Source: Escherichia phage vB_EcoM_H12. Taken from it: 64,000 bases of DNA. This document shows, one piece after another, positions 51,558 through 59,960 of this stretch (position 1 is its first letter; every line of letters begins with the position of its first letter). The DNA lies in the sequence record PP952733.1, one strand, 5' to 3'. Under the pieces are notes generated by a model that searched no databases, was not told where the DNA came from, and worked only from the letters and a program-made list of their open reading frames with translations. Both the position numbers and the translations under genes were made by a program.

Positions 51558-52370
51558 ATGAATACTACTGTAGACCAGATGCTTGAAGAAAAAGGTATTG
51601 ACGAAGCATTCTTAATCAATGCCGTAGAAAGCATGGCTATTATTCTTCGTGGAAACAACTACACAGAACAGTTTATGCCTGCAAGCTATAACTTGCCTAA
51701 AGACAAGTCTGATAACGGTGCTTTTGCAGAACAGGTTAATATGATGCTGTGTGACAAAACGCTTGCTTTAGCATCTATCGTTGTAGGTGTTGATGCTCTT
51801 GCAGAGTTCATTTTTTATGAGATGCAGAAAAATGACTATATTGCCATGACCTCTGAAGAAAAAGACTCGCTACTGCTCTTAGATAATAATGAGCTAGTTG
51901 ACCTGTTAATTTCGTCAACTAGTGCTGTTATGGCTGCTCTTGAGAAGCGCATGGAAGAGAAGTTGTCACGATATGAAAAACTTGATTGGGGTGTAGAAGA
52001 GTTAAACCCACGAATCAAAGAGATTATCCAGCAAACTAAAGACTCTTTAGCAGAAGCTGTGAAAGATGATTCTGTAGCTGATGTAGAACCACTACAGGTG
52101 AAGGTCGCTCTGATGATTCCAGCTATTTCTACAATGATGAATATCGTTGCACTAATCCAACTTTCTCAGATGTTGGGTGTCACCATTGAGTTCGTTGAGG
52201 AGATGACTGGTGGTGTAAGTATGCAAGCAATCAATGATGTTTTGGTAAACATTGGTGCTTCAATCATTGAAGAGAAACTGCGTATTAACTTCGGTGATGA
52301 TTTTGTGAAGCAAATCTCAGCTATGGCTGAAAAAGAACACTCACAGATTAATACTGACCGACTGCACTAA
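51558..52370 (+). CDS. hypothetical protein (270 aa)
   Basis: ORF in track. Confidence 0.5.
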   Translation: MNTTVDQMLEEKGIDEAFLINAVESMAIILRGNNYTEQFMPASYNLPKDKSDNGAFAEQVNMMLCDKTLALASIVVGVDALAEFIFYEMQKNDYIAMTSEEKDSLLLLDNNELVDLLISSTSAVMAALEKRMEEKLSRYEKLDWGVEELNPRIKEIIQQTKDSLAEAVKDDSVADVEPLQVKVALMIPAISTMMNIVALIQLSQMLGVTIEFVEEMTGGVSMQAINDVLVNIGASIIEEKLRINFGDDFVKQISAMAEKEHSQINTDRLH

Positions 52371-52431
52371 GTCTTTATAAACCTTACAAGCCTCCTTAGT
52401 TGGGGGCTTTTTAGTAATTAAGGGAGACAAA

Positions 52432-53175
52432 ATGAGTAATATTATTGCATTTACTGGAAAGGCACGTTCTGGAAAAGACACCTCATGTTCTATTGTTAAG
52501 AATATCTTAGAAGATGAGTATGGCTACAATGTTGCAGTAATGGCATATGCAGACAACCTTAAGCTATCTGCATCAAAGATATTTGACCTGACTTGGAATG
52601 ACCTATACGGTGAAACTAAAGAGACTCCACAGGTTTTTGATTTATCATACTCTGAACTAATGTTCAAAGTTACAGAAGCTATGGAGTTCACCTTCAGAGA
52701 TGAACGTTACCATATGGACTTTAAGCTTATGTCGGAGTTAACCGGACGATTAATCATGGAACTTAAGAAGGTCGCTAAACCGACTCTATTGACACGTCTG
52801 GGGTTTAGTAAAAAGTATAAATTCTCATCAAGGCAAATTCAACAGATTTGGGGCACTGAAGTTATCCGTAAAGTTATGGGTGACAAATTCTGGGCTAAAG
52901 ACCTCGAAACACGGATGGTTCGCTTCTTTGAATCTTGTTCACTAAGGAATCAAGAGGGTGTTGTTTTAATCAGTGACTTAAGGTTTGACTCTGAAGCTGA
53001 GTGGCTGAGTAGATTTGCACACCAAACTATTGAAGTAAAAAGAGACAATGTGGATAAGGTTTCATCACATGTTTCAGAAAATGGGATTTCTACCAAATAT
53101 GCGCGTGACATTATCCATAATAATGGTACTCTTGAAGACCTTGAAAGCAAGCTAAGAGCTATCCTGAAAATTTAA
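52432..53175 (+). CDS. deoxynucleoside monophosphate kinase-like protein
   Basis: N-terminal P-loop AFTGKARSGKDT resembling T4 gp1. Confidence 0.6.
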   Translation: MSNIIAFTGKARSGKDTSCSIVKNILEDEYGYNVAVMAYADNLKLSASKIFDLTWNDLYGETKETPQVFDLSYSELMFKVTEAMEFTFRDERYHMDFKLMSELTGRLIMELKKVAKPTLLTRLGFSKKYKFSSRQIQQIWGTEVIRKVMGDKFWAKDLETRMVRFFESCSLRNQEGVVLISDLRFDSEAEWLSRFAHQTIEVKRDNVDKVSSHVSENGISTKYARDIIHNNGTLEDLESKLRAILKI

Positions 53176-53183
53176 AATGGAGA

Positions 53184-53384
53184 ATGAAGATGAGAGTAAA
53201 AGATAATTTTAAGGTTATTGACCATCGTTTAGTGGAACTCTCATCTCTTTCCAATGAGGTAATGATTGAACGTCTTAAGAGAGTTGAATCACGAAGGAAA
53301 GAGATTGCAGATGAGATTCATGAACTGGACAAGATTGAAAATGGATTGAAGGCAGAACTACAACGAAGAGGTGCTAATGTCTAA
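53184..53384 (+). CDS. small coiled-coil protein (66 aa)
   Basis: ORF in track. Confidence 0.4.
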   Translation: MKMRVKDNFKVIDHRLVELSSLSNEVMIERLKRVESRRKEIADEIHELDKIENGLKAELQRRGANV

Positions 53385-55362
53385 AGGTCGTAAATTGAAA
53401 GAGGCTGGTCAGTTTATTGGTCATTGTGCATGTCCACGTTGTGGTTCATCAGATGCTGGTTCAATCTACCATCATGACGATGATTCTTATTCGATGACTT
53501 GCTTTAGTTGTAACAAAGGTTTCCCAGAGTGGGATTTTGATAAAGGACAAATCGTGAGCACTTATTCTACCGGTTCAGATAATAAAAACCGTACTTTCCG
53601 TGGAATGGATTTAGATGATGTAAAAGAAAACCTAGAAGCAATGGACTTGAAAGACAGGAAGATTCCTGCAAAAGTCCTTGAACGTTTGGGTATCAAGGTT
53701 GACATTGACAGTGATGGTGAAATTGACGCACATTTCTACCCAACTTACAAACGTAATGAAGATGGCAAGCTAGAACATGTTGGCTACCGTGTTCGTCACC
53801 GTTACCCAGAAGACCACCCAAAAGAACACCTACGTGGTAAGCTAAAAGACTTTTCAGGTGGTGTTGGAGATATTAAAGGCGAACTGGCAATGTTCGGTTC
53901 ATGGATTGCTCCAGAAGGTGGGAACCGACTGTTCATCTGGGAAGGTGAGATGGAATGTGCGACAGCTATCTACATGACTTCTTTGGCGATTAAAGATAAG
54001 TCTCGTCGTAAGAATTACTGTCACGTATCTGTTCCATCAGGTGCAAACATTAAGTCTATTAAGGACAACTATCAGTACATCACATCATTTGATGAGATTT
54101 ACTTGTGCTTTGATAACGATGAAGCAGGTGCTAAAGCTACCAAAGAGGCTGCTGGTATCCTACCTATTGAGAAGGTTCGTTTGTTCCAGTATCCAGAAGG
54201 TGTAAAAGACCTTAACGAATGGTGGACAAAGTTCTATAAAGAGAAAGACACAGTTCTGGAAGGATTTAAACAGCGTATCTACAACGCACCTCGTTACTGC
54301 CCTGCTGGTATCAAGAACTTCGCAGATGGTTTTGAGGCAATGAAGAATCGTGGTCAGATTCCATTGATTCCTTTCCCAGAATCTTTCGGGGATTTGAATA
54401 GGTTGACTTATGGTGGTTACGGTTTAGGTGAGATTACAACTCTGGCAGCACCATCTTCAGTAGGTAAATCAGCATACACCCGTGAAATGATTTACACTGC
54501 TTGGAAGGAAACCGATTACAATATTGGTGTAATTCCAGTTGAAGATACCTATGAAGAGTTGATGGAGATGCTATGTGCAATCCACCTGAGCAAGCAGATT
54601 TCTGAGATTCCTTATGACGAACGTGATTGGGATGAATTAAAGGAAGCACACGCAGAACTATCTAAAGGTCGTCGTATCCACATCGTAGACCATCAAGGGG
54701 CAATTGACCAAGATAACCTGCTGGAATTTGTTGACTATCTTGTTAACAGTTTAGACTGTAAGATTATTATTCTTGACCCTATTACGTTGGCTCTGTCACG
54801 TTCAGATACGGATGAAGAGGAAGTTTTGTCTGAACTATTGCGTCGTTGCAAACGCTATCAGTATGCACAGGTTAACGTCTGTCACGTTCGTAAGAGTGCA
54901 GGTGGTCAGAAAGCCAACTCTGAAGGTGGAGATATCTCTGAAGAGGATATTAAGGGTTCTGGTGCATACTTCCAGATTTCCATGAACAACATTCTGTTAA
55001 TGCGTAACAAGGTTGACCCAGACCCTGTTAAGAAAAACTTGACAAAAATCAAGTTAACTAAGTGTCGTCGTCATGGTAAGTCAACAGGTATTGCTGGTCA
55101 TACTTGGTACAATCCAGACACAGGACGTCTTATCAAAGCTTCTGGGTGTGGTGTTGACATTGATGGTGCAGCAGAAAATATTCGTCAACAGTTTGGTATT
55201 GGTGAAGCTGAAGACCATTATGATGACTCTTTACCTCATTATGAGGATGAAGTGTTTGACCGTGAGACTGGTGAAGTTTATACTGAAGAACAGCGTCAAA
55301 GCTCAACGATTCCACCTGTATTAAGTGAGGATGCAGATGACTGCCCGTTTGAAACTGAGTGA
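53371..55362 (+). CDS. bifunctional DNA primase-helicase (T7 gp4-like)
   Basis: Cys4 zinc ribbon (CPRCGSSD ... CFSCNKG), TOPRIM-like EGEMECATAI / FDNDEAG, helicase Walker A APSSVGKSAYT and Walker B IIILDPI. Confidence 0.8.
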   Translation: MLMSKGRKLKEAGQFIGHCACPRCGSSDAGSIYHHDDDSYSMTCFSCNKGFPEWDFDKGQIVSTYSTGSDNKNRTFRGMDLDDVKENLEAMDLKDRKIPAKVLERLGIKVDIDSDGEIDAHFYPTYKRNEDGKLEHVGYRVRHRYPEDHPKEHLRGKLKDFSGGVGDIKGELAMFGSWIAPEGGNRLFIWEGEMECATAIYMTSLAIKDKSRRKNYCHVSVPSGANIKSIKDNYQYITSFDEIYLCFDNDEAGAKATKEAAGILPIEKVRLFQYPEGVKDLNEWWTKFYKEKDTVLEGFKQRIYNAPRYCPAGIKNFADGFEAMKNRGQIPLIPFPESFGDLNRLTYGGYGLGEITTLAAPSSVGKSAYTREMIYTAWKETDYNIGVIPVEDTYEELMEMLCAIHLSKQISEIPYDERDWDELKEAHAELSKGRRIHIVDHQGAIDQDNLLEFVDYLVNSLDCKIIILDPITLALSRSDTDEEEVLSELLRRCKRYQYAQVNVCHVRKSAGGQKANSEGGDISEEDIKGSGAYFQISMNNILLMRNKVDPDPVKKNLTKIKLTKCRRHGKSTGIAGHTWYNPDTGRLIKASGCGVDIDGAAENIRQQFGIGEAEDHYDDSLPHYEDEVFDRETGEVYTEEQRQSSTIPPVLSEDADDCPFETE

Positions 55363-55374
55363 TAGTTATAAAAG

Positions 55375-55396
55375 AGAGGGGTTCATACCCTTCTTT
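55375..55396 (+). terminator. Terminator-like hairpin after primase-helicase gene
   Basis: GGGT-TCAT-ACCC followed by TTCTTT. Confidence 0.4.
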
Positions 55397-55433
55397 GAAG
55401 AAAAAAGTTTAAATAAATTTCAGGAAGAGTGTT

Positions 55434-55461
55434 TGACAAAGATTGATAGGTTCTATAGAAT
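55434..55461 (+). promoter_or_regulatory. Sigma70-like promoter TTGACA-16-TAGAAT
   Basis: TTGACA 55434-55439, TAGAAT 55456-55461. Confidence 0.5.
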
Positions 55462-55615
55462 GCTCTACATGAAATGTGATGGAGGCGTTGAGGTAGAAGA
55501 AAAGTTCCATCACAGTATGATAACAGTCACTATTACTATACCTCGACATAATATTGGTTGGTTGTTTATAATTAAAGAAAATGTGTTTGAATATCAAGTA
55601 TATCGGAGAATATCA

Positions 55616-55762
55616 TGAAACACTCTAAAGCATTTGAAAAAGTTTTTGGGGATTCCTTAAAAGCCACTGCTGGCAAACCAGCAAAATACTATGAAGAGAA
55701 GCGTGTAAGAACTGGAAAAACTGCACGTAAAGCAGCTTCTAAAGATAAGCACAACTTCCAGT
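55616..55762 (+). CDS. small basic protein (48 aa), not in ORF track
   Basis: ATG 55616 to TAA 55760-55762 reads MKHSKAFEKVFGDSLKATAGKPAKYYEEKRVRTGKTARKAASKDKHNFQ; between two promoters. Confidence 0.3.
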
Positions 55763-55771
55763 AATTAATGT

Positions 55772-55800
55772 TTGACAATAGAGTATCAACAAATTAGAAT
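55772..55800 (+). promoter_or_regulatory. Sigma70-like promoter TTGACA-17-TAGAAT upstream of SSB-like gene
   Basis: TTGACA 55772-55777, TAGAAT 55795-55800. Confidence 0.6.
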
Positions 55801-55836
55801 TGGTACTCTTCATAAATTGAGATAGAGGTTTAAATA

Positions 55837-56694
55837 ATGTCTAAAGTTGTTAAAATGAAAGCTCCGGTAGAGAAGTACAACGGTACTGAACGTCAAACTC
55901 TGCGTTACCTGCTGAAAGATGTCTGGTTTTATTACCTGAACACTTCACCACGTCCGGGAAAAGGTAAATCAATTGATAAGAAATTCCCAGGAAAAGACTG
56001 CAACTACAGTGTTTCAATTCTGGCAGAAGATGGTAACAAGCTGTTTAAAGAGTTCACTAAGTCTAAGAGAAACCCAGAAGGTTGGGATAAAGTTACTACT
56101 GAAGCAGTTGATGCAGATGACTTCGAAGAGAAGTTTGGTTGCAAACCACCATTTGAAGCAGACACTTACTACATCTTGAAAGTAAGTCGTGCAGCAGCTT
56201 ATAAGGATGGTGCTGTGTGGACAGCTAAACAGTCATTCCCTGTAATGCTGATTGAAGAAGTAAACGGTAAGCGTGTAGCTGTTAAGCAGCCGATGAAGAA
56301 AATCAAAGCTCAAGCATCTGATAAGCATGAAGATGACAAGAACTATGATGTAATTCATCCAGATATTGCAGTTGGTAACGGTTCTTTTGGTAGTGTGATT
56401 CTTTCTACTCACTTCTACACCTTTGAGAACAATGTTCTGACAAAACCTATTCAGGAACAGTTTATCATTGATACTCTTGTGCCTTACACTGGTGGTAACG
56501 GTGCTAATGGCGAACCTGAACTGGATGAAGACGAACTGGCTATGCTTGGTCTTGATGGTGTTGAAGATAACGGTGAAATCACTGAAGAAGATGCAAAAGA
56601 CCACAAACCTTCGAATGATTCTGATGATGGTGACGATGAAGACTTGCCAGACCCAGATGACGAAGGAGATGAAGACTTCGATACAGAAGACTAA
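55837..56694 (+). CDS. single-stranded DNA-binding protein (T7 gp2.5-like) with acidic C-terminal tail
   Basis: Strongly acidic C-terminus (DDGDDEDLPDPDDEGDEDFDTED); position in replication module. Confidence 0.6.
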   Translation: MSKVVKMKAPVEKYNGTERQTLRYLLKDVWFYYLNTSPRPGKGKSIDKKFPGKDCNYSVSILAEDGNKLFKEFTKSKRNPEGWDKVTTEAVDADDFEEKFGCKPPFEADTYYILKVSRAAAYKDGAVWTAKQSFPVMLIEEVNGKRVAVKQPMKKIKAQASDKHEDDKNYDVIHPDIAVGNGSFGSVILSTHFYTFENNVLTKPIQEQFIIDTLVPYTGGNGANGEPELDEDELAMLGLDGVEDNGEITEEDAKDHKPSNDSDDGDDEDLPDPDDEGDEDFDTED

Positions 56695-56756
56695 TCTCTA
56701 AAAGTTACTTTAAAGCCCTGTACTTAGTATGGGGCTTTTTCATATGGAGAGTCACA

Positions 56757-57797
56757 ATGGAGAAGTATACGCTAACAAAACTTCCCGATTCAGTTACACA
56801 TGTCTTTATTGATTCTGACAGTATTGCCTATAAAGGTGCTTGTGTAGTTGAGAAAGCAAAATATAAATACATCAATAAACTCACAGCAGAAGAATCTGAA
56901 TCATTTGATAATGCAAAAGATGCTGCAAGATGGTTAGCAGACCAGAGAATCTTTGTAGAAGAGCTTGGCCTAACATTTGATGAAGATGAATGGGAAAGAC
57001 AGACTTGGAAAGAAGCTAAGAGTGAAAAAGAAGCTATAATGGCGACTCAGCAGGTTCTTCAGGAATGGCTTAAGGTTGTTGGTAAAGAAAGAACTTGGGT
57101 AGGTTACTTAACAGAGAAGGGTGTACATAAACATAAAGACATTAAAGGTCTTGAGCACCAATATCAAGGTAACCGTAAAGAGGCTGTCACACCAACACAC
57201 TTAGTTGCTTGTCGTGAATATCTTCTGTCAAGACCAGAGTTCAAGCTTTTAAAAGGTGGCTTTGAAGCTGACTCAATCGTAATTGCTAAAGCTGAAAAGA
57301 TGGGTAAGAAGGCTGCTCTTATGAGTATTGACAAAGACCTTCGACAAGCTGAAGGGACTTATTGTATTGACATGACTTATGAGAAGTCACCACTAATTTT
57401 TATTGCTGACAATAATGTTGGTAATATCTGGGATTGTCCTATCAAATCAAAACCAAAAGCTGCAAAAACAGTTGGTGTAGGTTTTAAATTCTTGTGTTAT
57501 CAGGCTGTTGCTGGGGATAATGCAGACAACTACTTCGGCCTTAAAGGTGCTGGTAAAGTAGCTGTGATGAATGCTTTAGATGGTAAAGAGACCTATAAAG
57601 AGTGCCTTGATGCTATCTATGAACTCTATGCTAAAAAAGAGTCATACACCTATGTATCATGGGATGGACAGACTATCACAAAGACACCATTAGAGTTAAT
57701 GGAACAGCATTTCTGGATAGCATATCAAGAGAGAAATCCAAAAGATAATTTCTCTTTTAAGAAATATAATTGGGAGCCGTGTATGAATGAAGATTAA
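56757..57797 (+). CDS. RNase H / 5'-3' exonuclease (FEN family)
   Basis: Segments VFIDSDSIAYKG, YQGNRKE, GFEADSIVIAK, MSIDKDLRQ align by eye with T4 RNase H acidic-residue motifs. Confidence 0.65.
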   Translation: MEKYTLTKLPDSVTHVFIDSDSIAYKGACVVEKAKYKYINKLTAEESESFDNAKDAARWLADQRIFVEELGLTFDEDEWERQTWKEAKSEKEAIMATQQVLQEWLKVVGKERTWVGYLTEKGVHKHKDIKGLEHQYQGNRKEAVTPTHLVACREYLLSRPEFKLLKGGFEADSIVIAKAEKMGKKAALMSIDKDLRQAEGTYCIDMTYEKSPLIFIADNNVGNIWDCPIKSKPKAAKTVGVGFKFLCYQAVAGDNADNYFGLKGAGKVAVMNALDGKETYKECLDAIYELYAKKESYTYVSWDGQTITKTPLELMEQHFWIAYQERNPKDNFSFKKYNWEPCMNED

Positions 57798-58284
57798 AGG
57801 ATTTGGCAATTGTCCTACCTATGGTCATTGGGTATCTTTATGTGGGGAAGTTGACCCCACTAAACATTTTGGCTTTGTCTATTTAGTACACTGTAAGAAA
57901 ACCGGACAATACTATATCGGAAAGAAACAGCTTAATAGTGTGACCAAAAGAAAGGTTGCTGGGAAGACTCGGAAGAAGGTAGTCACTAAGGAAAGTGATT
58001 GGATGACTTACGAGACTTCTTCTGAGTATATTAAAAAAGATATTGAGAGCTTTGGAAAAGAATTTTTTGACTTTTACATTATTCAGACCTACTACACTAA
58101 AGGCGGTCTAGTTTATGGCGAAGCAAACCTTCAACATAAATTCGATGTAATGACAAAAAGGATTGACTCTAAGCTCAGACTCTTCTACAATGCCAATATT
58201 GCAGCAATTAAGTTTATTACTAAAGAAACTTATGAAGATGCTGAAAAAAGAATCCATAAGGTAATGAAAGCAAATTGTGCTTGA
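57787..58284 (+). CDS. GIY-YIG homing-endonuclease-like protein
   Basis: N-terminal FGFVYLVHCKKTGQYYIGKK matches the GIY-(10-11)-YIG pattern; free-standing small ORF. Confidence 0.65.
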   Translation: MKIKGFGNCPTYGHWVSLCGEVDPTKHFGFVYLVHCKKTGQYYIGKKQLNSVTKRKVAGKTRKKVVTKESDWMTYETSSEYIKKDIESFGKEFFDFYIIQTYYTKGGLVYGEANLQHKFDVMTKRIDSKLRLFYNANIAAIKFITKETYEDAEKRIHKVMKANCA

Positions 58285-58290
58285 TAACTA

Positions 58291-58554
58291 TTGAGAGAGA
58301 ATAAAATGTTTAACAAAAGCAAAGCTGTGAGTCATGTAGCAAAAGTTGACAGCAAGATTGAAGAACTTGAGCGCATCCTTGCAAATGCTAGAGAGTCAAT
58401 AATCAAAGAAGTTGAAGCTGTTGAATCTCAAATGCAGCACCTAATGCTTAAACGTCAAGAGCTACGTGAGCATCTAGAATATATTGAAACACGAGAGCTA
58501 AAAGTTAACAGATATTTTAAGGAGTCCGAATGTTTAACTCAAGAGAATCAGTAA
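58291..58554 (+). CDS. small coiled-coil protein (87 aa)
   Basis: ORF in track. Confidence 0.4.
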   Translation: MRENKMFNKSKAVSHVAKVDSKIEELERILANARESIIKEVEAVESQMQHLMLKRQELREHLEYIETRELKVNRYFKESECLTQENQ

Positions 58555-59285
58555 AAAACTGGAACCTTCGTTGTGGAAACACTCAAAAGCAACCTTACAG
58601 TAATGAGTATTGGGAATCTTTAAAATCTCAATCTCTGTGTATGCTTGAAGAAGCAAAAGAGCTTGTAAAAGCAATTGAAGAGAAAGACCCCATTGAGACA
58701 CTGGATGCTCAGGCAGATTTACAATATGTTCTTGACGGTTTGATTTACCTGTCACAACATGACCATAACGGTGCTATGGAAGCTGTTTGCCATAATAATG
58801 ACCTGAAGTACACAGACAACTATGAAGAAGCTTTAAAACGTCTTGCAGACATTGAAAAGCGTACTGGTCAAGAATGTATCATCAGAATGTCAGTAGTTGA
58901 TGGTAAAGAGTGGTATGCAATTGTTCGTGCAGCAGATGGGAAGATTATGAAGCAATCTAATCTCCCTAAAGTGCAGCTTGGTGAATACATTGTAGAACTT
59001 GAAAGCCAAGAACTTTTTGTGGTAGTATCTGAGACATGCGTTATCTGCAAAGGTATTGTATGTAGCTTAAAGGATTTGGGTGTAGATGGTTTTGTAGAAG
59101 TTAATCCAATTACCTCTAAAGCAGATAAAGATTTCTGTAAAGAGAATGGACTATGGATTGCAGATATTGTCTACTATGATGGTGAGCAGTTCCATGTAAC
59201 CTCATACCCGAAACTGAATTATGATGCTAATAACCTGAAGTGCTGGTTAAAAGGGGTTGGTTATAATGGATTCACAGAACATTAA
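58530..59285 (+). CDS. hypothetical protein (251 aa), possible MazG-like N-terminal domain
   Basis: EExxE ... E ... D pattern (LEEAKELVKAIEEKDPIETLDAQADLQYVLDGLIY); weak. Confidence 0.4.
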   Translation: MFNSRESVKNWNLRCGNTQKQPYSNEYWESLKSQSLCMLEEAKELVKAIEEKDPIETLDAQADLQYVLDGLIYLSQHDHNGAMEAVCHNNDLKYTDNYEEALKRLADIEKRTGQECIIRMSVVDGKEWYAIVRAADGKIMKQSNLPKVQLGEYIVELESQELFVVVSETCVICKGIVCSLKDLGVDGFVEVNPITSKADKDFCKENGLWIADIVYYDGEQFHVTSYPKLNYDANNLKCWLKGVGYNGFTEH

Positions 59286-59589
59286 TAAAGAAGGTGTGGC
59301 TCAGAAGAGCCACTTCTCAAACTACAATATTTCTATGACGGTGTTTATGAATGACCCGTTACTTGAGAAGTATGGTGAGACTCCAGATACACTTCTGGAT
59401 AATGAACAAGTTTTAAAAGCAGTCCTGTACAAATACGGGATTGATATTGAGAAAGAGTATTCTTTTGAAATCTGTCAACACAGGAATACTTTTGGTAAAG
59501 TTGTAATGGCTCCACTCTTCATGGGTGTAGAAAGAACTGACTATGGTTGGTTATATCTAAAAAGAAACTTGGAGAAATACCGTGTCTAA
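59257..59589 (+). CDS. hypothetical protein (110 aa)
   Basis: ORF in track. Confidence 0.4.
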   Translation: MVIMDSQNINKEGVAQKSHFSNYNISMTVFMNDPLLEKYGETPDTLLDNEQVLKAVLYKYGIDIEKEYSFEICQHRNTFGKVVMAPLFMGVERTDYGWLYLKRNLEKYRV

Positions 59590-59914
59590 AGCAAAAAAGT
59601 TATCTTATGATGACATTATCTCAGGTGCTAAATTAGGTGTTGATAGTATCGGACAAGATGTTAAGCACGGAGACACAGTTATGTACTGTGACGACCGAAG
59701 AGGCAGAAGTGCAATCTTGTTTGGAAGAGTTGTTTGCAAGATGCGAGGTAATTACGTTGTTGAAGACATGAATGTGGATGTCACAAAACAGCTTGAAATA
59801 ATTATGAATAGTAATATATCATGGTTCGTCAATTGTATGCACACTTCGTCAGTCACAAAGGTAAGTGATAAGTTTTACGATATGTGGCAGAATGAGCAAA
59901 TTTTCAAGATTTAA
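59582..59914 (+). CDS. hypothetical protein (110 aa)
   Basis: ORF in track. Confidence 0.45.
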   Translation: MSKAKKLSYDDIISGAKLGVDSIGQDVKHGDTVMYCDDRRGRSAILFGRVVCKMRGNYVVEDMNVDVTKQLEIIMNSNISWFVNCMHTSSVTKVSDKFYDMWQNEQIFKI

Positions 59915-59920
59915 ACTAGG

Positions 59921-59945
59921 GAGCCTCTTCGGAGGCTCTTCTCAT
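59921..59945 (+). terminator. Terminator-like hairpin upstream of nrdA
   Basis: GAGCCTC-TTCG-GAGGCTC followed by TTCTCATCT. Confidence 0.5.
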
Positions 59946-59960
59946 CTGTAGGATTCAAAA

